Assembly (NCBI RefSeq): GCF_009914755.1 | Contig: NC_060930.1 | Direction: 5' to 3' (one strand) | DNA from: the human T2T-CHM13v2.0 reference genome, Homo sapiens | DNA: 64,000 bases | Shown here: positions 11,596-24,454 of the stretch, piece after piece | Position numbering within the stretch: the first letter of the stretch is position 1 | Layout: the number at the start of each line of letters is the position of its first letter | Made by a program: the position numbers and the translations under genes | Notes under the pieces: model-generated | Databases searched by the model: none | Told to the model about the DNA's origin: nothing | Seen by the model: only the letters and a program-made list of their open reading frames with translations

Positions 11596-14500
11596 CTCTT
11601 TTTAAAAAGAAATTTTGTCGGTACATAGTAGGTGTATATATTTATAGGGTACACGAGAAGTTTTGGTACAAGCATGCAATGTGAAATAAGCACATCATGG
11701 GGAATGGGGTATCTGTCCTCTCAAGCATTTGTCCTCTGAGTTACAAACAATCCAATTACACTCTTTAAGTTATGTTAAAATGTGCAGTTAATTCATTATT
11801 GACTATAGTCACCCTATTGTGCTACCAAATAGTAGGTTTTATTTATTCTATTTTTTTGTATCTATTAACTATCCCCACCTCCATCCAGACCCCCACTACC
11901 TTTCCCAGCCTCTGGTAATTATCCTTCTACTCTCTATATCCATGAGTTCAATTGTTTTGATGTTTAGATTGGACAAATAAGTGAGACATGTGTTATTTGT
12001 CTTTCTGTGCCTGGTTTATTTCACTTAACATAATGATCTCCAGTTTCATCCATGCTGTTGCAAATGAATGGATCTCGTTCTTTTTTTCATGGCTGAGTAA
12101 TACTGCATCGTGTATATGTACAACACTTTTTAAAATCCATTTATCTGTTGATGGACACTTATGTTGCTTCCAAATCTTAGCTATTGTAAACAGTAGTGCC
12201 ACAAACATAGGAGTGCAGATATCTCTTTGATATACTGGTTTCCTTCCTTTTGAGTATATACCCAGAAGTGGGATTGGTGGATCACATGGTAGCTCAATTT
12301 TTGATGTTTTAAGGAACCTCCAAACTTTTCTTCATAGTAGTTTTACTAACTGACTTTCCCATCAGCAGTGCACAAGAGTTCCCATTTCTCCACATCCTCA
12401 CCAGCATTTGTTATTGCCTGTCTTTTGGATATAAGCCATTTTAACTGGGTGAGAAGATATCTCATTGTAGCTTTGATTTTTACTTATCTGATGATCAGCG
12501 ATGTTGAGCACTTTTTCATATACCTGTTTGCCATTCATATCTCATATTTTGGGAAATGTCTATTCAAATTTTTTGCCCATTTTCTGACCAGATTATTTTA
12601 CTTTTTCCTATAGAGTTGTTTGAGTTCCTTATATATTCTGGTTATCAATCCCTTGTCAGATGGGTAGTTTGCAAGTATTTTCTCCCATTCTGTGGATTGT
12701 CTCTTTACTTTGTTGATTGTCTCTTTACTTTGTTGATCAAAGAAGTTTTACTAAAAACTTCTTTGATGCACAGAAGTTTTTAACTTGATGTAATCCTACT
12801 TGTCCATTTTTTTCTTTGGCTGCCTGTGCTTGTGGGTTACTGCTCAAGAAATCTTTGTCCAGAATAATGTCATGGGGAGTAGTAGTCTCATAGTTTGAGG
12901 TTTTAGATTTAAGTATTTAATCCATTTTGATTTGATTTTTGTATATGGTGTGACATAGTGGTCTAGTTTCATTCTTTTGTGTGGGGATATCCAGTTTTCC
13001 TGCTACCAATTTTTGAAGAGGGTGTCTTTTCCCTAATGTATTTTCCAGGCACCTTAGTCAAAAATGAATTCACCGCAGGTGTGTGGATTTGTTTACAGGT
13101 TCTACATTCTGTTCCATTGGTCTGTGTGTCTATTTTTATGCCAGTACTATGCCCTTTTGTTTACTATATTTCTGGGGTATAATTTGAAGTCAGGTAATGT
13201 GATTTCTTCAGTGTTGTTCTTTTTGCTTAGGATGGCTTTGGCTATTCTGGGTCTTTTGTGGTTCCATATAAATGTTAGGATTTCTTTTTTATTTCTGTGA
13301 AGAATTTCACTGGTATTTTGATAGGGATTACATTGAATCTGTAGATTACTTTGGGTAGTATGGACATTTTCGCAATATTGATTCTTCCAATCCAAGAACC
13401 TAGAATACTTTTCCATTTTTGGGTGTCCTATTTATTTTTTTCATCAATGTTTTATAGCTTTCATTATAGAGATCTTTTATTACTTTGGTTAATTCCTATG
13501 TATTTTATTTTATGTATGGCTATTATAAATGGGATTACTTTTTAAAATTTCTTTTTCACATTGTTCACTGTTGGCATATAGAAATGCTACTGTTTTTTAT
13601 GTTGATTTTGTATCCTGCAACTTTACTGAATTTGTTCATCAGTTTTAATAGTTTTCCTGTAGAGTCTTTAGGGTTTTCCAAATATCTGATCATATAATCT
13701 GCAAACAAGGATAATTCAAATTTTTCCTTTCCAATATGGATGCCCTTTATATCTTTCTCTTGTCTAATTGCTACAGCTAGGACTTGCAGTACTATGTTGA
13801 ATAATAGTAGTGACAGTGGGCATCCTGGCTGCATACCAGATCTTAGATCAATTTTTCCCCATTCAATATGATACTACTAGCTGTGGATCTGTCATATGTG
13901 ACTTTTATTATGTTGAGGTATGTTCCTTCTATCCCCAGTTTTGTGAGGGTTTTTATTATGAAGGGATGTTGAATTTTATCAAGTGCTTTTTCAGCATCAA
14001 TCGAAATGATTATATGTGTTTTATCTTATCAAGGATAGTTGATTTGATTGATATATGCAAATTATCACTGTGACACTTCATATCAACAGAATGTGACACA
14101 TAGTTATCCAGAGATAAATCCCTCTTGGTCATGATGAATGATCTTTCTAGTGTATTGTTGAATTCTGTTTGCTGGTATTTTGTTGAGGATTTTTGCATTA
14201 GTATTCATCAGAGAGATTGGTCTGAGGTTTTCTTTTTTTCATATATCTTTTTCTGGTTTTGGTATAAAGGTAATACTGGCCTCATATAATGAGTTTGGAA
14301 GTATTTCCTCCTCTATTTTTCAGAACAGTTTGAGTAGGATTGGTATCAATGTTTCTTTAAATGTTTGGTAAAATTCAGCAGTGAAGCCACTGGGGCTCAA
14401 GCTTTCCTTTAGCAGAAAATTTTTTATTATGGCTTTAATCTTGTTACTTGTTATTAGTCTGTTCAAGTTTTGAAATTCATTGATTTCTGTTCTGATACTT

Positions 14501-17500
14501 ATTATTATTTTTTCTTCTATTAATTTGGGGTTTGGTTTGCTCTGGCATTTCTAGCTTTTTAAGATGCATCACTAGACTGTTCATTTGAAGTTTTTCCTAT
14601 TTTTTGATGTACGTACCTATAGCTACAAACTTCCCCTCTTAAGAGGTACTGCTTTTGTTGTATCCCATAGGTTTTGGTATGTTGTGTTTTCATTATCATT
14701 TGTTTCAATACATGTTTAAGTTTCTTCTTAATTGCTTCATTGACACACTGGTAATTCGGGAGCATATTGTTTAATTTTCATGTATTTGTATAATTTCCAA
14801 AATTATTCTTCTTATTAATTTCTAGTTTTATTCCATTGTGATCAGAGAAGATACTTGATATTATTTCAATTTCTTTGAATGTTTTAAGACTTGTTTTGTA
14901 ACCTAACATATGTTCTGTCCTTGAGAATGATCTATGTGTTGAGGAAAAAAATGTGTTTTCTGTAGCTCTTAGATGAAATGTTCTGCTTTTCTCAAGCAGA
15001 AGGAATTTGGTCTATAGTACAGATTAAGTCTGATGTTTCTTTGCTGAATTTCTGTCTGGAAGATCTGTCCAATGCTAAAAGTGGGGCGTTGAATTCTCCA
15101 GCTATTATTGTATTGGGGCCTATCTCTCTCTTTAGCTCTAAGTAATATTTTCTTTCTATATCTGGGTGCTCCAGTGTTAGGTGCCTGTCTATTTAAAATT
15201 GTTATATCCTCTTGCCAAATTGACCCCTTTATTATTACATAGTGACCTTCTTTTTCTCTTCCTACAGATTTTTGTCTTGAAATCTATTTTGTCTGACATA
15301 AGTATAGTGACTCCTGCTCTTTTTTTTATTTCCACTGGTATAGAATGTCTTTGTCCATTTCTTCATTTTCAGTCAATGTGTGTCTTTATAGGTGAAATGT
15401 GTTTCTTGTAGGCAACAGATCAGTGGGTTTTGTTTATTCATTCATTCAGCCAGTCTATATCTTTTGATTGGAGAGTTTAGTTCATTTACATTCATCGTTA
15501 TCATTGATAAGTAAGGACTTACTCCTGCCATTTTGTCATCTATTTTCTGGTCATTTTATGGTCTTTATTTTTTCTTTACTGCCTGTCTACCTCTAGTGAA
15601 GGTGATTTTCTCTGGTGATATAATTTGATTTTTCACTTTTTATCTTTTGTGTATTTATTGTATGTTTTTTGGCTTGAGGTTACCATTAGGCTTGCAAATA
15701 TTATCTTACAACCCATTATTTTAACCTGATAACAACTTAACACTATTTGCATAAACAAACAAGCAAAAAAAGAAAGCTAATAAGAACTCCATGCTTTAAC
15801 TTCATGCCCATTCTTTAACTTTGTGTTGTTTATATCTTATTGTACCATGTCTTGAAAAGTTGTTGTAGTTATTATTTTTTATTGGATTCTTCATTTATTC
15901 TTTCTACTTAGGGTAATAATAGTTTACATACCATGGTTACAGTGTTATAATATTCTATGTCTATGTACTTACTATTACCAGTAAGTTTTTTTACCTTCAG
16001 GTGATTATTTATTGCTCATTAATGTCCTTTTCTTTCTGTTGAAGAACTCCATTTAGCATTTCTTGCAGGATAGGCCTGGCATTGGCAAAATCACACAGCT
16101 TTTGTTTGTCTGGAAAAGCCTTTATTTCTCCCTCATATTTGAAGGATATTTGTTGCCACATATACTATTCTACAGTAAAAGATTTTTCCTTCAATGCTTT
16201 AAACATGGTATGCCATTCTTTCCTAGCTTGTAAGGTTTCCACTGAAAAGTCTGCTGCTAGACTTGGAGCTGGGGAGCCTGGAAAGCTCCATTGTATTGTA
16301 TTGTTTCTTTTCTCTTGCTGACTTTAGGATCCTTTCTTTATCCTTGGCCTTTAGGAGTTTGATTATTAAATGCCTTGAGGTTGTCTTCTTCGGGTTAAAT
16401 CTGCTTGGTGTTCTATAACCTTCTCAGACTTGGATATTGATATTTTTTCTAGGTTTGGGAAGTTCTCCATTATTATCCCCTCGAATAAACTTTCTACCCC
16501 TATCTCTTTCTCTACCTTCTCTTTAAGGCCAATAACTCTCAGCTTTGGCCTGTTGAGACTATTTTCTAGATCCTGTAGGCACGCTTGATTGTTTTTTATT
16601 CTTTTTTCTTTTGTCTACTCCAACTGTGTATTTTCAAATAGCCTGTCATCAAGCTCACTAATTCCTTCTTCTGCTTGGTCCATTCTACTATTAAAGGACT
16701 CTGATGCATTATTCAGCTTGCCAACTGCATTTTTCAGTTTCAGAATTTCTGCTTTATTCTTTTTAAATTATGTCAATCTCTTCATTAAATGTATCTGACA
16801 TAATTCTGAATTTCTTCTCTGTGCTATCTTGAATTTTTTAAAATTTCCTCAATACAGCTATTTTGAATTCTCTGTTTGAAAGGCCAAGTATCTCTGTTTC
16901 TCCAGGATTGGTCTCACATTCCTTACAGTGAACTATAGATAGTTCATTTGGTGAGGTCATGTTTTCCTGGATGGTGTCAATGCTAGTAGATGTTCTTCAG
17001 GGTCTAGGTACTGAAGAATTAGGTATTCATTTTAGTCTTTACTGTTTGGGCTTATTTGTATCCATTCTTCTTGGGAAGGCTTTCCAAATATCTGAAAGGA
17101 CTTGGGTGTTGTGATATAAGCTGTATCTGGTTTAGGAAGCACCACAAGCCCAGTAACATTGTGGTTCTTATAGACTTGTAGATGGTCTTTGACCAGATCC
17201 AGGAGAATTCTCTGGATTACCAGGCAGAAACTCTTGTTCTCTTCCCTTACATTTTCCCAGACATACAGAGTGCTTCTCTCTGTTCTGAGTCACCTAAAGC
17301 AGGGGGTGAACTGACATGAGCACCACTGTGTCCACCACTACTTTGGCTATACTGGGTCAGAATTGAAGCCAGCATAGCACTGGGTCTTGCCCAAGGCCTA
17401 CTGTAACTACTCCCTGTCTACTACCTATGTTCACTAAAGGCCTTGGGGCTCTACAAATAGCAGGTGGCAAAGCCAGCTAGGCCTGTGCCCTTCCCTTCAG

Positions 17501-19025
17501 GGCAGCAAGGTCCCCTAAGCCCTGGGTGGGTCCAGAAGTGCCATCTGGGACTTAGGGACTAGAGTCAAAAAACCTTAAAAGTCTACTTGAGGTTCTATTG
17601 TATTGAAGCTGAACTGAATTGCAGGTTGAGCTACAAGACACAGTCCTTTCCACTCTTCCCTCCCTTTCCACAGGCAGAGGAGCCTCACCTGGTAGCTACC
17701 ACCACCCCAGGGCATAAGGAGTACTGTCAGTCTACCACCAATGTCCCCTTAAGGCTCAAGGTCTCTTAAGTCAGCTTGTCACAAGTGCTGCCTGGCCTGG
17801 GACTCAGTCTTCAGAGCAGTGGCTCCCCTCTGGCCTAAGGCTGGTCCAGAAATGCCATCCAAGAGTCAAGCCCTGAAATTGGTGATCCCAAGAGCCTGCT
17901 TGGTGCTCTGCCTCCCTGTGGCTGTGCTGGTAGCTAACCTGCAAGACAAAGTCTTCTTTATTTTTCCCTCTGCTTTTCTCAAGAAGAAGGAATTTTGTCC
18001 TGTAGCCACCATAGCTGGTAATGTGCTGAGTTTCACCTGAAGCTAGTAAGTCTCAGAGACCCACACAAGGCCCTCAGTGTAGGACCTGGGTATTGCTGCT
18101 GTTTATTCAGAGCCCAGGGGCTCTTCAGCTAGCAGTGATGAATGCTGCTAGGACTGGGTCCTTTCCTTCAAGGCAGCAGGTTCCCTTCTGGTCCAGGGTG
18201 TGTCTAGAAATGTCATCTGGGAGGTAGGACCTCGAACAGGGGCCTCACGACTGACGGGTGCCCTATCCTGCTGTAGCTGAGCTGGTGTCCTAGAAGCAAG
18301 ACAAAATCCTTCCCACTCTGCCCTCTCCTCTCCTAAAGTGGAAGGAAGGAGTCTCTTTTGGAACCTTGAGCTGTGTAGCCTGGGGTTAGGAGAGGCATGA
18401 TGCCAGCACTCCCTTAGCTGCCCCAGATGGGTGTCTCGGTATTTTCTGTGCCCACTCAGTCCACTGTCTCTCAGCCTAGTTCAGCACTAGGAATCACCTA
18501 AAGACTTGTAGTCCTTATGGCCTAGACTGCCTTTCACATTTATTTGGAGACACAGAGTGCTGTAGCTCTTGGTGGTGAGGTTTGCAGATACTCAAGTTCA
18601 AACCAATGAGATCTGCAATTCTCTTCTGGCTGGGGCTGGTTTAAATGCTCCCTTTGTGTGCAGGCATCAGCTGAATTTGGTCTGGCTTTTTCTGCTGTAA
18701 CAGGACAGCACTGAGTTCAGTGCCTCACAGTTGCTGTGTTCTCCCTTTCCCAGTGCCCAGGGATGCTCTATGCAACACATTACTGCTGCTGGGGGTGGGG
18801 GAGGGGTGGCATCTGTGGTTCAGGACTATTTTTTCTCTCTCTTCAGTGCCTCTTTCAGCAATATGAAGTTAAAACCAGGCACTGTGAGTGCTTACCTGAT
18901 TTTTGGTTCTTATGAAGGTGTTTTTTGTTTTGTTTTGTTTTTCTGTGTAGATAGTTGTTCACTTGGTGTCTTTATGGGGAGCATGATTGGTGAAGCTTTC
19001 TATTTCACCATCTTTCTCTGCCTCC
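11596..19025 (-). mobile_element. Near full-length (~7.4 kb) L1MA2/L1MA3-like LINE-1, inactive
   Basis: L1MA 3' end (gtacatagtaggtgtatatatttatagggtac...aagcatttgtcctctgagttacaaacaatcc). Minus-strand ORF2 peptides in the ORF track (MFVALLFTIAKIWKQHKCPSTDKW; [27 protein letters not shown]; RT motif [24 protein letters not shown]...LSLFADYMI). ORF1 region and L1M-type 5' UTR end at tatttcaccatcttt ~19015. Many stops and frameshifts. Confidence 0.93.
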
Positions 19026-19029
19026 AAGA

Positions 19030-20205
19030 ACAACACTGTTTTCTCATCCTTCACCACCAGGAAAAGAAACTTTCATCCATCACAAGGAAAATAGAAGTCA
19101 TTAAGTAACTCATGTTCTTCCTACCCTTACATTTTTAAAACAATGGGCATGTGCATCTACCCTTTTTACCTCTTGAACAGTTACATTGAAAGAGAGTTAC
19201 CCCTTTGCTCTAGGACCCATCCTTCCACACATGTAAACCATCATTTTCTAATCCGCCTTAAAATACCCCTTAAGATCTCACTTTGCAGACTTTTATCTCA
19301 CTGTCTGTACTTTTCATCTCTCCCTCATTGCTAGTACATTTTTCATTAAAAATAATAACAACAAAAACTTAATATGCTCCCTAACCCCATCTAAGGAAAT
19401 CTTCAGGAATTGCCTCATTATTTCTTTGTTTCCTTTATAGCCAAGCCTCTAAGGAGATATGTAAATGTGTTTGTTCTGTGAAAGGGCCATGTGTGCAAAG
19501 CAGTCCCCAAATGCCAAAGGAGCCCAGAAATCCAAGAAGGAGGCAGACAAATCCAGTTTGTCAGTATTGGGTGATTTATTAGGGGCGCTTACAGGCAGAA
19601 GCGTGGTCTTGGCAGCCTCAAGACAGGTAGATCTCCTCACTGTTCCTCCCAAACCCAAGGTATAAGGAAAGGGTCTTATGTGCTCCAGCAAAACAGTTAA
19701 AGGCAACCCTCCAAAACCAGCACGAATCCTGTGTGCGTCACAGCCTCTAATTTATGTGATAACATCAAGGTTGCTTTGATCTAAAAGTAGGAGTACATGT
19801 TCTTGCACTAGGGACAGAAAATAAAACAGAAACCAGGAGACATTCATGGGGCTAGGGCCAATCAGAAGTCAACCGGCAGATTAGCATCCACGATAGAGTC
19901 ACTTTTGTCTCCACAGAACTTTCAGCCTCTATTGCTGCATTGCTATTTAATTCTTATCTCATTGTCATCTAACTTTCCAACCCATGATGCCACAGAAACT
20001 CTCTGGCCAAAGTTCCTAAGAAATTCATCTGGCTAAAATCTAGGACATACTACTTTACAAACTAACTGTTTTTTCGTTTGTGTTCCAAACAGACAGAAAG
20101 CTCCTGAGGACAGAAAACATTTGTTTCTTATTCTTACTATGACCGAGCAGGTATTATAGTTCCCAGCCTAGAGTAGATACTCAATAGATATTTCATAAAT
20201 TAAGA
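19030..20205 (+). mobile_element. Degraded L2 (right part), interrupted by LTR47
   Basis: gaaaatagaagtcatt... continuation; L2 3' end gctcctgaggacag...gagtagatactcaatagatattt at ~20100-20200. Confidence 0.5.
19472..19915 (-). mobile_element. LTR47A-like ERVL solo LTR
   Basis: Minus strand starts TGTGGAGACAAAAGTGACTCTATCGTGGATGCTAATCTGCC, has an AATAAA (tttatt ~19575) and ends in CA. Confidence 0.8.
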
Positions 20206-21112
20206 TATTAACATTATCAATAGGTGAAAATAAAAGAATTACAACGTCCTCAATTCTATAGCATGTTGAGATATTATTTTCCAACCCCCCTGCTACAACA
20301 CCAAATAAAAGTGCATCGAGTCAAGAAGGCATCAGAAACACACAGTGATATCTACCCTTTACCTATTTTAAATACAAATCATTACTTCCTACTTCTAGCA
20401 ACTGTGACAGTACTCAACAACAACCAAAAAAGTTGTGTTTATGAATTCTCAACCACACTTTCAGTCTTATGAGCAGGATCTTTTAGTACAGTCTTACTTT
20501 CTTTGGCTCCGAGATTTTCTTCTGCTGAGCAGAAAGCATTGCCCCCCAGGACATAATTAGGACTGAAAGTATAATGCACAGCTGCACAGAGCCATGGAGT
20601 TTGTCAGCCGCACTGCATGTGTCCCTCCCTCTCCTTCCCTGCCAGACTCTGCCAGCTCTTAGCCATCTGTAGTGGTGCTGCAAGATTGGGTTAATAAACC
20701 CGAATTACTCTGAAAGTTTCGCATTAAAATATGAATATTTATCTTAGCCCAGGGAGCCAAGCTTTCCATGTAATATAAAAGGATTCTGAGATATAGGAAG
20801 AAAAGGCCTTCTTAATAGCCCATTCAATCTTTTCTAGAGGGTCACTGACTGTTTACTTTCTTCACCTAAGGTTGATCTGCTAAATTTTCTATGTAAACTT
20901 AAAAGTACTCTATAATGGTAATAGATATGCAGTAAATTCCAAACAAACAAACAAAACCCAAGCAAAAAAAGGAAATGGCCTGGTGAAAATCAGGAGAAAG
21001 TAGAAATCCAGCTTTTGATATCTACAAAATAATTTGAGAATTAAATGTTCTAATTAATTAATGGAGGAAACAAAACCTTAAATAAGATGTTTTTAAAAAA
21101 TTTTAACACTAA

Positions 21113-21487
<375 letters not shown>

Positions 21488-21674
21488 TTAGGCTGACATC
21501 TTAATTCAATTTGAATAAATCATTGATGAGATTGAATGAAAATACTAATCTCTGTAGATGTGTAATTTTTAGGTACCATGGTGTTTTATAGTTACTGTTG
21601 AACTTAGATATCACCATACACATACACACATCCTTATTTTATACATAGAGGTCTTAGTTTCAGAAAGACACATT

Positions 21675-21850
21675 TGTTCAATTGCTCATTTATTTATCCT
21701 GCTGGTAAGTGCCTTCTCTGTCATGAGTTCTGTGTTGGTGCCAATCTTCCAGAAGCAATAACACAAGTGCCCTGCCCTTGAGGAGAAGCTCACAGTCTGG
21801 TGTGGAAAATGCAAAGTTAGCCAAACAATTACATTTTAACATGCACATGG
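21675..21850 (-). mobile_element. L2 3' fragment
   Basis: cattatttattt-like start, gccctgcccttgaggag..gctcacagtctggtg. Confidence 0.55.
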
Positions 21851-22826
21851 AAATATAAGTGTGTTTAAAATAATTTGATGGTATATTAAAACTAGTGATA
21901 AATTAGAAGATAAAGAGCATATGTTACAGGCAGAGAGTTGATGACTTGGTGCCCAATATTGACTTATCAACCTCCTTTCTGTTTATACATTTGTCCTGTA
22001 AATAATAAAATTTGTAGAACCTCCTCATACCCACTGCTTTTGACTGCAATCTCTGACTATGGCCAGGTTTCATGTTTATGAGTATTTGAAAGGAATTCTT
22101 CTATCCTAGGAAGCATGAATCAGAAATTCTTCTCGACTCTGAGACCACCTTGGGCCTTATGGAATCACAATGTCTAGTGATATTATTATTTCTGTGTCAC
22201 TAAAGCAGAGACCAGAAACTGACAGCCTGTATGTGTGCTGTGTATGGCCCAAGTTTGCTCTTTGGTACTTTAAAATACCAAACTTAAATGTTTTGGAATA
22301 TAGACTGCATTTCCAGTTTACCATGGTCTCCACTGCTTCCCACTGTTGACTATCAGTTGCTTCATTTGTGATATTTGCTTGTCCATATTGGCATTTTAAT
22401 TTATGATCTTCAAATTAAACTGTGAAAGAGCCAATGCCATTTATCAGTCAAGGGGCACCAGTCAACAAAAGAAAAGAAAAAAGATATTACTAGTTTGTTT
22501 TGGGGTGGTCCTATTTAAGCCATTGCTTTCTCTCTGGTAGTTGACTTGCAACTGACGGAAAATAACTCATTAAACAGTTATATTGATAGGGGGTAAATGG
22601 GCACAAAATCATTTAATTTATGGTTCTTTGTAATTAAATCTTTTGGAAAACTGATGTCCCACTTTGTCGTGGTTGAAAAATAACAGGCAAACTCAATAAT
22701 TTAAAATAAAGTTGCAAACTCAGAATTAAGAAAAAGTGTTCCTGTAAATTTTAATGAAAATACTTATCACAAAACTTAGGCACTTTAATTCCCAAGAGAG
22801 GCTTGAAGCCAGACTTTGTCATACTA

Positions 22827-23352
22827 TGTTAGTTGTGTTAGCATCACAAACTTAGAGGCTTAATATAACACACACTTACTATCTCACTGTTACCAAGGGT
22901 CAGGAAACGAGGCACGGCTCAGCTGGGCTCTCTGCTTCAATGTCTCTCACAAGGCTATGGCTGGGGTCTCGTCTGAGACTCAGCTGGGGAGAGATCTGCT
23001 TCTAAGTTTGTAAGGCCATTGGCAATATTCAGTTCTTTGTGGGTTTTTGAGGACTTCGGTATATTGCTAGTTGTTGACTAGAGGCTGTCCTCAGTTCCTT
23101 GTTATTAAGCCTGTTCACATGGCAGCTTGCTTCACCGAAGCCAGGAAGAAAAATGGTCAATTGATTCTGCTAGCGTGATGGAAGTTACAATTTTATGAAA
23201 CATAATCATGGGAGTGACATCCCATCACCTTTGCCATATTCTATAGATTAGACGCTTGTCAGTTCCATCCACACTTAGTGAAAGGGGATTATCCAAATGT
23301 GTGAATACCAGGAGGAAGGGTTAATTTAAACTCCTTTTACTGTTGTTAACCA
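22827..23352 (-). mobile_element. MLT1F-like MaLR solo LTR
   Basis: cacaaacttagaggcttaa...cagctgggctctctgcttca...gacatcccatcacctttgccatattctat...gtgtgaataccaggagg. Confidence 0.85.
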
Positions 23353-23435
23353 CCAATATATAGAGATGGTGGTGATGTGATGCCAGCTAACTTTCACTAG
23401 TCTCCTGTTCTCCTGTGTGTGCCTGATTTTCTTTT

Positions 23436-23854
23436 CTCTCTCTTTTTTTTTTATTATACTTTTAAGTTTTAGGGTACATGTGCACAATGTGCAGGTTAGT
23501 TACATATGTATACATGTGCCATGTTGGTGTGCTGCACCCATTAACTCGTCATTTAACATTAGCTATATCTCCTAATGCTATCCCTCCCCCCCTCCCCCAC
23601 CCCACAACAGGCCTTGGTGTGTGATGTTCCCCTTGCTGTGTCCATGTGTTCTCATTGTTCAATTCCCACCTATGAGTGAGAACATGCGGTGTTTGGTTTT
23701 TTGTCCCTGTGATAGTTTGCTGAGAATGATGGTTTCCAGCTTCATGCATGTCCCTACAAAGGACATGATCTCATCATTTTTTATGGCTGCATAGTATTCC
23801 ATGGTGTATATGTGCCACATTTTCTTAATCCAGTCTATCATTGTTGGACATTTG
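23436..23854 (-). mobile_element. L1PA (PA3-PA5-like) 3' end with poly(A)
   Basis: ttattatacttttaagttttagggtacatgtgcacaatgtgcagg; ORF2 C-terminus [35 protein letters not shown]...HRMFSLIGGN. Confidence 0.97.
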
Positions 23855-24161
23855 AGATCAGAGGAGAACTGAAGGAAAGAGAGACACAAAAAACCCTTCA
23901 AAAAATCAATGAATACAGGAGCTGGTTTTTTGAAAAATCAGCAAAATTGATAGACCACTAGCAAGACTAATAAAGAAGAGAGAAGAATCAAATAGATGCA
24001 ATAAAAATTGATAAAGGGATATCACCACCGATCCCACAGAAATACAGACTACCATCAGAGAATACTATAAACACCTCTACACAAATAAACTAGAAAATCT
24101 AGAAGAAATGGAGAAATTCCTCAACACATAGACCCTCCCAAGACTAAACCAGGAAGAAGTT
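23855..24161 (+). mobile_element. Inverted L1PA ORF2 segment
   Basis: Sense ORF2 sequence agatcagaggagaactgaagg...acaaataaactagaaaatctagaagaaatgg...ccaagactaaaccaggaagaagtt. Confidence 0.95.
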
Positions 24162-24452
24162 TTTTTTGTTTTTTGTTTTTTTTTGAGACAGAGTCTCACT
24201 CTGTCGCCCAGGCTGGAGTGCAGTGGCACAATCCGTCTTGGCTCACTGCAAGCCCCACCTCCCGGGTTCACGCCATTCTCCTGCCTCAGCCTCCTGAGTA
24301 GCTGGGACTACAAGCACCCACCACCACACCTGGCAGATTTTTTTGTATTTTTAGTAGAGACAGGGTTTCACTGTGTTAGCCAGGATGGTCTCAATCTCGG
24401 CCTCGTGATCTGCCCACCTCGGCCTCCCAAAGTGCTGGGATTACAGGCGTGA
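24160..24452 (-). mobile_element. AluY, slightly 5'-truncated, no TSD of its own
   Basis: AluY diagnostics gggttcacgccattctcc and ttagccaggatggtctc; ends at ggcgtga. Confidence 0.93.
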
Positions 24453-24454
24453 AC

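Noticed and set aside
11988-16798. Many 60-90 aa ORFs, some with RT-like motifs
   Set aside because: Broken pieces of L1 ORF2/ORF1 or their antisense frames; no intact gene.
17450-18340. Internally repeated blocks in the L1 5' UTR (cttcagggcagc / ttcaaggcagc; gcaagacaaa)
   Set aside because: Degenerate internal repeats are a normal feature of old L1M 5' UTRs, not locus-specific.
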